64,000 nucleotides of DNA, taken from assembly GCA_910587595.1 (NCBI GenBank), contig CAJULQ010000005.1, positions 883 through 64,882 on the forward strand, given 5' to 3'. A model generated the notes under the pieces. The model ran no database searches, was not told where the DNA came from, and saw only the letters and a program-made list of their open reading frames with translations. The stretch comes from an uncultured Christensenellaceae bacterium (GTDB taxonomy: Bacteria > Bacillota > Clostridia > Christensenellales > Pumilibacteraceae). Numbering within the stretch: the first letter of the stretch is position 1; each line of letters starts with the position of its first letter. Below, one piece after another: positions 1-7,209 of the stretch. Position numbers and translations under genes: made by a program.

Positions 1-66
1 GTAAAGAAAAGGGGTGCGAACGATTTATATATACAACGTTTTTAACAAAAAGCAAACAATTCTGCG

Positions 67-89
67 GGGCGCGAGCGCGTCCGTTTTTT
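67..89 (+). terminator. possible intrinsic terminator of an off-window upstream gene
   Basis: Short GC stem around a GAGC loop (67-82), followed by TTTTTT (84-89). Confidence 0.35.
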
Positions 90-116
90 ATAGGGGCGGG
101 CGCCATGCGAAAGGGG

Positions 117-145
117 TTGACGGGGCGGCCGTTTTGTTGTATAAT
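117..145 (+). promoter_or_regulatory. sigma-70-type promoter ahead of the YbjN-like pair
   Basis: TTGACG (117-122), 17-nt spacer, TATAAT (140-145). A GAGGAG RBS precedes the ATG at 184. Confidence 0.55.
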
Positions 146-183
146 TTTTTTGTATAAGCTATCAAAAAAGAGGAGCGTGGCAT

Positions 184-651
184 ATGACGGCGGCAGAACG
201 GGCAGACAGCGTGTTCGGGTGCTATTGCGAGTATCTGGACGGCAAAGGCTTGCGGTATAAAAAAGACGCGGATGAGCGCAAGATCCTGTTGCAGATGACG
301 GGGGCGAATCTTCCCGTCACGCTTTTGTTGAGCGTGGAAGAGGACAACGAGCGAACGTTCGTGTTTGCCAAACTGCCGTTCGACGTATCGCGGGAAAAGC
401 GGGTGGATCTTGCCATGGCCGTTACGTATATCAATGCCGTGTTGGCTACGGGCACGTTTTGCGTAGACGCGGACGGCGGCTATGTCAGCTACGAATCCAA
501 CGAGCTGTATACGGGATTGCACGGCTTTACGGCCGCCTATGCCGAACGGGTGATTGTTTCGGCCTTTTCGGCGGTGGACATGTTTAACGACAAGCTGTTT
601 GCGGTAAACAAGGGATTGCTTACCGTAAAAGAGTTTGCGGCGCAAATGTAG
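184..651 (+). CDS. YbjN-like (T3SS-chaperone-like fold) protein, paralogue 1
   Basis: 155-aa ORF with RBS. The pattern resembles the YbjN family (conserved LPF..V..EK, N..L..G.F core). Paralogous to the next ORF. Confidence 0.6.
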   Translation: MTAAERADSVFGCYCEYLDGKGLRYKKDADERKILLQMTGANLPVTLLLSVEEDNERTFVFAKLPFDVSREKRVDLAMAVTYINAVLATGTFCVDADGGYVSYESNELYTGLHGFTAAYAERVIVSAFSAVDMFNDKLFAVNKGLLTVKEFAAQM

Positions 652-665
652 GAGGGATAACGGAA

Positions 666-1133
666 ATGACCGACGGCGAACGCGCCACGGCGGCTTACAA
701 CGCCATTGTGCGCTTTATGACGGAAGCAAAACTGCACTACGAAAGCAACGAGGACACGCGCGAGATCTTTGTGACCATCACGGGCGCAGACTTTCCCGTG
801 TCGTTGCTGTTTACGGTAAACGAGCCGCTGCAACGGGTGGAAACGTATTGCGAACTGCCCTTTGCCGTGCGCAAAGAAAAGGCGGTGGACATGGCCGTTG
901 CGTTGGCCGCCGTCAACGCGCGCATTGCCTACGGCAAGTTTTGTTTGTATTTCGATAAGGGATTGTGCACGTTTGAAAACACCGAGTATATTACCGATCT
1001 CGAAGGGTTTTCGGCCGCGTACGGCCGCGCGATCGTGGCGCCCGCCTATGCCATTGCAGACGAATACAACGACAAGCTGTATGCGCTCAACAAAGGGCTG
1101 TTGCCGCTGAAAGAGTTTGCCGCGAACGTTTGA
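666..1133 (+). CDS. YbjN-like protein, paralogue 2
   Basis: 155 aa, the same length as the upstream ORF. Clearly paralogous to it (shared ..NDKL[FY]A[VL]NKGLL..KEFAA.. C-terminus). Confidence 0.6.
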   Translation: MTDGERATAAYNAIVRFMTEAKLHYESNEDTREIFVTITGADFPVSLLFTVNEPLQRVETYCELPFAVRKEKAVDMAVALAAVNARIAYGKFCLYFDKGLCTFENTEYITDLEGFSAAYGRAIVAPAYAIADEYNDKLYALNKGLLPLKEFAANV

Positions 1134-1152
1134 CGGGCGGCAAACTTTTTTT
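1117..1152 (+). terminator. terminator/attenuator-like hairpin between the YbjN pair and the ESCRT-like genes
   Basis: 7-bp stem TTGCCGC/GCGGCAA (1117-1123 / 1137-1143), 13-nt loop, then T7 run (1146-1152). Overlaps the stop codon of the upstream CDS. Confidence 0.4.
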
Positions 1153-1251
1153 CACGGCGCAAAAATTTAATCGAATTTTTAACTTTCTTTTATGCGGGCG
1201 TAAAGTTTGCATTTTATAATGATTTGTCGAAAGAACGGGGAGGATCGCACG

Positions 1252-3072
1252 TTGTCGAAAAAGGATATCGAAAAGAAAATGGCGGTGCGACGCACGCGCA
1301 ACAGGCTGGCGTCTAATCTCGACACGTTGGAAGAGAACAAACAGCAATACATAGAAAAGGCCAAGGCGGCGCGCGCCAAGGGCGATAAGCACGTATACAG
1401 TTTGGCGCGGAGCGGGTTGGCCGCCACGGTGGCGCAAAGCAAACGCACGCGCGAAATGTTGTTGCACATAGACATCACCTCGCAAATGCGCGATACGGGC
1501 GCGGTCACCGAAGAATTTCTCACGGGCATGGAAACCATTTTCAAGCGCCTTTCCAAGATCAACAAAAGCGTGGATATCAAGAAGGCGCGAAAAGGCTTGC
1601 GCTCGGCCATCATGGGCATGGAAACGGTGCAAGCGCAATTGGACGGCATGCTGGAAGAATCGGAAGATACGTTTGCGGAATTGGCCGGGCAAACGGACAG
1701 CGTGACCGATAAAGAGATAGACCGCTTGCTCGGCCTCAGCGCCGCCATCGACGAAGAAGAGGCGGTGGGCGCGGCGGTAGACGAGATACTGCGCGAAAGC
1801 CAACCGAGCGAAACAAGCGAACGGGCGTTTGCGGCGGCAACGTCCGCGGGCGGCGCTACCCCCTTTTTCGACGATCGATCGGACGAACCCCGCACGGCAC
1901 CGCCGCAACGTTCGAGCGGGCGGCAATATGCATTGCCCGATATAGAACTGCTTAGCGAATACGGCCGCGACGAGAGCGCGCGCGAAACCAACGAATGCGC
2001 GCTCGAAGAGGACGCGGCGGCCGTGGAAAAGGTGTTGGCCGAGTTGGGCGTGCCGGCCAAAGTGTCCGAACGCGTAACAGGGCCTGCGTTCTCGCGGTTG
2101 GAAATGGCCATGCCGTCGGGGTTGTCGGTGCAAAAGATAGACGCGCTTTTATCCGACATTGCCATGCGGTTAGGTAAGCCCGCGCGGCTCGAAGTGCCAA
2201 TCCCCGGCAAAAACGCGTTCGGTATCGAGGTGCAAAACGTGCGCCGCGAAACGGTGGGGCTAAAAGAGTTGATCTTGTCCGAGGCGTTCGAAACGTCGGG
2301 CGACGGCATACGCTACTGCTTGGGCGCGGACATAGACCGAACGCCCGTTGTAAAAGACTTGACGGGCGCGCCGCACATGTTGGTGGCGGGGTGCACGGGC
2401 AGCGGCAAGAGTTGCTTTTTGCATGCCATGCTCGTGTCCATGCTGTATACATACACGCCCGACAAATTGCAGTTGGCCGTTGTGGATCTCAAGCGCGTGG
2501 AAATGGCGGCTTATAACGGTGTGCCCCATCTAACGGGCGGCAAAGTGGTAGACACGGACGAAGAGGCGCTCGCCTTGTTCGAACGGTTGGCCGACGAAAT
2601 GGAACGCCGATACACGCTTTTGTTGGGCGCGCATTGCCGCGATGTGAAAGAATACAACCGCACGGCGGCGCAACCGTTGCCGTATATCGTGGCGGTGGCC
2701 GACGAATACGCCGACATCTCCACGGGGCCGCTTTGCAAGCCGTTCGAGGCGGTGCTCAGAAAGCTCAGTCAAAAGTCGCGGGCGGCGGGCATCCATTTGG
2801 TGTTGGCCACCCAACGCCCCAGCGTAGACGTGGTGTCGGGCACGCTCAAAAGCAATTTCCCCACGCAAGCCGCTTTCCGCGTGGTGCGTAAAGAGGACAG
2901 CCGCACGGTGCTGGCGGGGCAAAGCGGCGCCGAACAGCTTTTGGGCAACGGCGATATGTTGTTTGCCGAGGCGGGCGTGGCGGGCTTGCGCCGACTGCAA
3001 GCGCCCTATGTTTCGAGCGAAGAAGTGCGGCGGGTGTGCGACTATTGGCGACGCGTCGCGGGGAGGGCGTAA
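1252..3072 (+). CDS. Snf7/ESCRT-III-like N-terminal domain fused to an FtsK/SpoIIIE-type DNA translocase motor (no TM segments, no gamma domain)
   Basis: ORF open from 1207. The likely start is TTG 1252, 8 nt after GGAGG, which matches the N-terminus of the paralogue at 3076. The N-terminal ~190 aa are paralogous to ORFs 3076 and 5493 (YSLARSGLAATVAQS vs YRLARSGLAMAVRQS). The C-terminal half carries FtsK motifs: YALPDIELL, GPAFSRLE, IPGKNAFGIEVQN, Walker A AGCTGSGKS, Walker B VAVADEYAD, AAGIHLVLATQRPSVDVVSG, GAEQLLGNGDMLF. Confidence 0.8.
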   Translation: MSKKDIEKKMAVRRTRNRLASNLDTLEENKQQYIEKAKAARAKGDKHVYSLARSGLAATVAQSKRTREMLLHIDITSQMRDTGAVTEEFLTGMETIFKRLSKINKSVDIKKARKGLRSAIMGMETVQAQLDGMLEESEDTFAELAGQTDSVTDKEIDRLLGLSAAIDEEEAVGAAVDEILRESQPSETSERAFAAATSAGGATPFFDDRSDEPRTAPPQRSSGRQYALPDIELLSEYGRDESARETNECALEEDAAAVEKVLAELGVPAKVSERVTGPAFSRLEMAMPSGLSVQKIDALLSDIAMRLGKPARLEVPIPGKNAFGIEVQNVRRETVGLKELILSEAFETSGDGIRYCLGADIDRTPVVKDLTGAPHMLVAGCTGSGKSCFLHAMLVSMLYTYTPDKLQLAVVDLKRVEMAAYNGVPHLTGGKVVDTDEEALALFERLADEMERRYTLLLGAHCRDVKEYNRTAAQPLPYIVAVADEYADISTGPLCKPFEAVLRKLSQKSRAAGIHLVLATQRPSVDVVSGTLKSNFPTQAAFRVVRKEDSRTVLAGQSGAEQLLGNGDMLFAEAGVAGLRRLQAPYVSSEEVRRVCDYWRRVAGRA

Positions 3073-3075
3073 CGC

Positions 3076-3648
3076 ATGGGACTTTTTAAGAGTGCGGAAG
3101 AAAAACGCATGGAAGAAAAGATGTTGGTAAAAAAGGCCGTGGGCAATATCAAGCGGTATATCGAGCGGTTGGAAGAGGCCAAGCAAAAGTATATAGAAGA
3201 GGCCAAGCAAGCCAAACAGCACGGCATACCGTCGCAATACCGTTTGGCGCGGAGCGGGTTGGCCATGGCGGTGCGACAAAGCCGCGTGGCGGAACAGTTG
3301 CTACTCAATCTCGAACTCAACCGCCAGACCAAAGACGCGGGCGAGGCCACGCGCGACTTTGTGGCGGGCATGCAAACGCTTGGCAAAGAGATCACGGCGC
3401 TCAACGGCCGCATACACGTGGCGCGGGCACAAAAGAACATGCGCACGGCGCTCAGCCAAAGCGGGCGCATGCAAGAAAATCTGGAAGGCTTTATGGAAGA
3501 GAGCGAGTTTTTGTTCGGCGAGGCGGCGAGCGACACGGGCTTGGAACGCGAGTTGGACGGCATGATCGACCGCGAGTTGCGGGCGGACGAGTCGGACACG
3601 GCGGCCATGGACGCCGAGATCGACGAAATGTTGGGACGGAATTTGTAA
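3076..3648 (+). CDS. Snf7/ESCRT-III-like protein (PspA/ESCRT-III superfamily)
   Basis: 190 aa, all-helical. It has an MGLFKS N-terminus, a basic helical-hairpin region, and an acidic C-terminus ending in the MIM-like DAEIDEMLGRNL. Starts 4 nt after the upstream stop. Confidence 0.6.
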   Translation: MGLFKSAEEKRMEEKMLVKKAVGNIKRYIERLEEAKQKYIEEAKQAKQHGIPSQYRLARSGLAMAVRQSRVAEQLLLNLELNRQTKDAGEATRDFVAGMQTLGKEITALNGRIHVARAQKNMRTALSQSGRMQENLEGFMEESEFLFGEAASDTGLERELDGMIDRELRADESDTAAMDAEIDEMLGRNL

Positions 3649-3692
3649 AGACCCCGCGCGGGGAGAACGGATAAGCAAGGAGAACGAGAAAA

Positions 3693-4454
3693 ATGGTGGA
3701 CTACAGAATAACCAAACGCGACGACGCAATGATCTGGAAGATCGACGTGCGCAAACCCGACAAGGACATGCGGCTCTTAGTAGACGACGGCTTGGTGGCG
3801 CTTGCCTTTGCGGACGGCACGATGTTGGGCGAATTTCGCGCGGGCGAGAAAAAGCTTTTCAACGAGGGCGGCAAAGCGGGCAAAGCGTATAAAAAAGCGC
3901 ATTTCGGCTTTTACGTTTTCAACCGCGAAAAGGCGGCGCCCGTTAAGTGGGGCGTGGGCAAAACGCCCGTGCCGTATGAAGACCGCAAGTTGGGCGGATT
4001 GGTGCTCAATGTGTGCGCCTACGGCCATTGCGACGTGATGATCCATGACGCGGTGCGACTGTGGGAAAAATTGCCCGCCGACTACACCGCCGACAACGTG
4101 GTGCAACCGCAAGAGATCGAGGCGTTTATCCAACGCGAAGTGATCGCGCGCATCACGCCCATACTTTCCAAAAAACTCAACGAGATAGGCGATTTCACGC
4201 GCGTGACGGCGGCGGCCGACACGCTGAGCAAGGGGCTGACGTATGCTTTGCCCGACCTCGAAAATTTGGGCTTGCACGTAGACAAAGCGGTGATCGAGGG
4301 CATAGACTTTACCGACGAATCCAAAGAGATCATTGAAAAGCACCGCGCCGGCAAGGTGGCCAAGATCGAATCGGAGATCGTGCGCGAGCAGTCGGAACAG
4401 ATCAAAAACATTCTTACGGCGCTGAACGCGGGCGACGGCAACAAGGAGGAATAA
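3693..4454 (+). CDS. SPFH/Band-7-like protein of the YdjI (COG4260) type
   Basis: 253 aa. The N-terminal beta-rich region (..DDAMIWK...LLVDDGLVALAF.DG..GEF..G...) and the ..VKWG.. segment resemble B. subtilis YdjI-family SPFH proteins. It lacks the C-terminal Zn ribbon. Confidence 0.55.
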   Translation: MVDYRITKRDDAMIWKIDVRKPDKDMRLLVDDGLVALAFADGTMLGEFRAGEKKLFNEGGKAGKAYKKAHFGFYVFNREKAAPVKWGVGKTPVPYEDRKLGGLVLNVCAYGHCDVMIHDAVRLWEKLPADYTADNVVQPQEIEAFIQREVIARITPILSKKLNEIGDFTRVTAAADTLSKGLTYALPDLENLGLHVDKAVIEGIDFTDESKEIIEKHRAGKVAKIESEIVREQSEQIKNILTALNAGDGNKEE

Positions 4455-4458
4455 AGCC

Positions 4459-5496
4459 ATGGCAACCTTTTCACCCGAATTCGTGCGCGAACAGTCGCGC
4501 CAGAACCTAAGCGACATGTCGCGGCTGGTAGACAGCTTGTATCAACGCGCCGACACCCCCGAAGCGCGCGAGGCGTTGGCCACGATGAGCAAAGCGGTTT
4601 CTTCGTTAAAGCCCGTGGGCAGCGTGCCGCAAGTGCTCGACGTGGAATCGCAGATCAAAAAAGTGCTTTCCGACTACAACGCCAATTTAGACGCCGACCG
4701 CGCCGAGGGCATAGACAAGGCCACCGTTTCCATTATTCGCGAGTTGGTGGCTACGCGCAAAAAAATGTGCAACTGCACGGTAGACGCCGACTTAAAACGC
4801 GGCTTTAAGTCGTATGCCAAAGCCAACAAGGGCACGGGCACCAAAAAGGAATTGAAGGCGGCGTATACGGTGCGCTACCAAGAGGCGATGGCCGAGGTGG
4901 ACGGCTACGTGCGCGAGGCCAAAACGCTCGACCAGTTGGTGAAAAGCTATCGACTGCGCACGCGCGAAATGGGCAAACAGCGCGAGCTGGACGAGCTGAA
5001 CAAAACGGTGCAGACGTTGGCCGCCCGTTACAAAAAGAGCACCGACCAAGCCGAGCGCGACCGCCTAAACGCCGAGTATCAAACCTTACTGCGCAAGAAG
5101 AACGCGCTGGACGCGGCGCTCATGGGTTACAAAGACGCCATGCGCAACGTGGAAACGGTGGAATCTTTGTTGAGTCAGCTTTCGGCACAAGCGGAAACGG
5201 CCGAGATCGACAGCATCTCCGCCGAGGATTTCACGGCGTTGGCGCAGTCGGTAACGGCGGGCATCAAAAAAGCGCGCGGCCGCAACGCCGCCATCGACGA
5301 GGCGTACGGCGCGGTGGAAAGCGCCAACCAAACCATGTTGCGTCGCGCGGGCGAGCGCATGCAAGCGGGCGAAACGTTAGACAGCGTGATCTTGGCCGAG
5401 CAAAACGCCGGCTTAGACGCCATAGAGGGCGTGGCCTCCGCGGCCGAGGCGCCCACCTTGGCGGCGCTGGCCGATAACCTCGACGGGGAGATGTGA
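4459..5496 (+). CDS. coiled-coil protein of unknown function
   Basis: 345 aa, long heptad-like Glu/Lys/Arg/Ala-rich helices, AAGGAGG RBS. Translationally coupled to both neighbours. No family recognised. Confidence 0.7.
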   Translation: MATFSPEFVREQSRQNLSDMSRLVDSLYQRADTPEAREALATMSKAVSSLKPVGSVPQVLDVESQIKKVLSDYNANLDADRAEGIDKATVSIIRELVATRKKMCNCTVDADLKRGFKSYAKANKGTGTKKELKAAYTVRYQEAMAEVDGYVREAKTLDQLVKSYRLRTREMGKQRELDELNKTVQTLAARYKKSTDQAERDRLNAEYQTLLRKKNALDAALMGYKDAMRNVETVESLLSQLSAQAETAEIDSISAEDFTALAQSVTAGIKKARGRNAAIDEAYGAVESANQTMLRRAGERMQAGETLDSVILAEQNAGLDAIEGVASAAEAPTLAALADNLDGEM

Positions 5497-5498
5497 AC

Positions 5499-6074
5499 AT
5501 GTTCGGAAGAAAGAAACGAAAACAGCCCGCCGTGGATCCGCGCGAGCAAGTGGAAAAAACGGTAGAGAATTTGGAGGCGTTCGTCAGAAAGGCCGAAACC
5601 AAGCGGCGCGAACTTCTTTCCAAAGCCAAAACGGCCAAAGCGCGCGGCGACAAAATGAGTTTCAATATGGCGGTCAACGCGCTGCGCATGGTCATGCAAC
5701 AGCAAAAGCAAGCCGAGCAAATGTCGCTCACCATGGGCATCGTAATGGACACGCGCGACGTGCAAGGCATGCTGGGCGAGTTTTTCACCAGCATGAAAAC
5801 GCTTTGCATGCAATTGGGCGAAGTACCCGATTTCAAAGAAATGCAAAAGGCGGCGTCCGAATTCAACCGCAACATGAACAAGATGAACGAACAAACCATG
5901 ATGATGGACGAGTTCATGACGGCCATGAGCGAAAGCATGGGTAATATGGATTTCGAGGGTGTTTCCACCAACGACGAGATCGGCAAGATGATCGAGCGCG
6001 AACTGGCCAACGAGCTGGACGCGGAAGAGATCGCCATCAACGAGCAGTTGGAGGCCGCCAAAAACAGACTGTAA
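5499..6074 (+). CDS. Snf7/ESCRT-III-like protein (CHMP2-like layout)
   Basis: The ORF track starts at GTG 5493. ATG 5499 gives MFGRKKRK, like the eukaryotic CHMP N-terminus (..LFGRRK). By eye the layout can be laid alongside my recollection of human CHMP2A along its length. Acidic C-terminus ends in the MIM1-like EEIAINEQLEAAKNRL. Confidence 0.65.
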   Translation: MFGRKKRKQPAVDPREQVEKTVENLEAFVRKAETKRRELLSKAKTAKARGDKMSFNMAVNALRMVMQQQKQAEQMSLTMGIVMDTRDVQGMLGEFFTSMKTLCMQLGEVPDFKEMQKAASEFNRNMNKMNEQTMMMDEFMTAMSESMGNMDFEGVSTNDEIGKMIERELANELDAEEIAINEQLEAAKNRL

Positions 6075-6107
6075 AAATAGTAGCAACGAGAGGGGACGCA
6101 AAAACAC

Positions 6108-7196
6108 ATGGCGAATAACCAAGCACTGCTGTACGACACCTACACCGATTATTACAACCGCGCCATGCGGGCCAAAAATGCGGGCGAAAACGACAAAGCG
6201 CGCAAGTATTTTCTATTGGCGGCCGAAACGTTGCGCGATCTGGCGCAAGTGAGCGAGGGCGAACTCAAAAAATCGCGCTACCGCACGGTGAAAAAGCTGA
6301 TTGCGGCGGCCGAAAGTTTGGCGCCGCAAGCGCGGGTGGCGCGGAGCGGTGCGGATCGCAGCGACAAAGCGGCGCGCGCGCCCGACGATCCCACCGACGA
6401 ATACGACCTCGACATAGCGTCGCCCAACGAAAAAGTATCGTTCGACGATATCATAGGGTTGCAAAATGCCAAAACGGCCATACGCCGCATGCTGATACAC
6501 CCGCTCAACAATCCGCAAGCCTACATAAAATACGGCCTAAAGCCGGGCGGCAACATTTTGTTGGAGGGGCCTCCCGGCACGGGCAAGACTACGTTTGCCA
6601 AGGCGGCGGCGTGCGAGATCCGCTTGCCCTTCGTGGTGGCGAACTGTTCGGCTTTGGTGGATTGCCTGATCGGCAACACCGCCAAAAATATCGACAAGCT
6701 GTTCGGCGAAGTGCGCCGCTTGGTGCGCAACCGCAAAACGGCGGCCATCGTGTTTTGCGACGAGTTCGACGAGATCGCCCGCTCGCGGGGCGGCGACAGC
6801 AAAACGGCCGACGAGGCGGTGCCCGCGCTCATTCGGCAGCTCGACGGGTTTAATACCGACAACGCCAACATCGTGGTGATCGCGGCCACCAACCGCAAAG
6901 ACACTTTAGATAAAGCGGTGCTCAGCCGATTTACAAAAAGCATATTTATTCCGCTACCTACCCGCGACGATCGCAAAAAGATCTTTGCGGCCAAGCTTAG
7001 GCGTATCGACGCCGAGGACTGCGCGGTCATCGATTTCGACGCGTTGGCCGACGAGAGCGAGGGCATGAGCGGGCGGGACATCACCCACGTGTGCGGCGAG
7101 TTCGTGAACGTGTTGGCCGAGCGCGACGCGGGGCTTACGCGAATAAACGGCACGCACACCGACGTTTTGCGCGAGTTTGTGGCGCAAAAACGCTGA
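6108..7196 (+). CDS. MIT-like domain + classical AAA ATPase (Vps4-like)
   Basis: The N-terminal ~75 aa form a helical, MIT-like segment (YYNRAMRAKNAGENDKARKYFLLAAETLRDLAQ). The AAA module has GPPGTGKT, IVFCDEFDEI, sensor-1 ATN and an SRH (LDKAVLSRF). The layout resembles Vps4. Confidence 0.7.
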   Translation: MANNQALLYDTYTDYYNRAMRAKNAGENDKARKYFLLAAETLRDLAQVSEGELKKSRYRTVKKLIAAAESLAPQARVARSGADRSDKAARAPDDPTDEYDLDIASPNEKVSFDDIIGLQNAKTAIRRMLIHPLNNPQAYIKYGLKPGGNILLEGPPGTGKTTFAKAAACEIRLPFVVANCSALVDCLIGNTAKNIDKLFGEVRRLVRNRKTAAIVFCDEFDEIARSRGGDSKTADEAVPALIRQLDGFNTDNANIVVIAATNRKDTLDKAVLSRFTKSIFIPLPTRDDRKKIFAAKLRRIDAEDCAVIDFDALADESEGMSGRDITHVCGEFVNVLAERDAGLTRINGTHTDVLREFVAQKR

Positions 7197-7209
7197 CCGA
7201 GAATAAGAC

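Noticed and set aside
88-645. 185-aa ORF on the minus strand, antisense to the first YbjN-like gene.
   Set aside because: It is an Arg/His/Gly-rich shadow ORF typical of GC-rich DNA, with no RBS. The plus-strand ORF has an RBS, a promoter and a paralogue.
1179-1220. An internal promoter (TATAAT at 1215-1220) for the Snf7-FtsK gene.
   Set aside because: No acceptable -35 element lies at 16-19 nt spacing. I left it out of the feature list, and read-through from the upstream promoter is equally plausible.
1087-2309. 348-aa and 376-aa minus-strand ORFs across the Snf7-FtsK gene.
   Set aside because: They are antisense to a gene with unmistakable FtsK motifs. Their composition is low-complexity (R/A/S/F-rich) and no motif was recognised.
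184-3072. Reading YbjN-like proteins plus an FtsK-domain ATPase as a type VII (ESX/Ess) secretion locus.
   Set aside because: There are no WXG100-type small proteins and no EssA/EssB/EsaA-like membrane components. The ATPase has a single motor domain without the FHA/TM N-terminus or the tandem ATPase domains of EssC/EccC.
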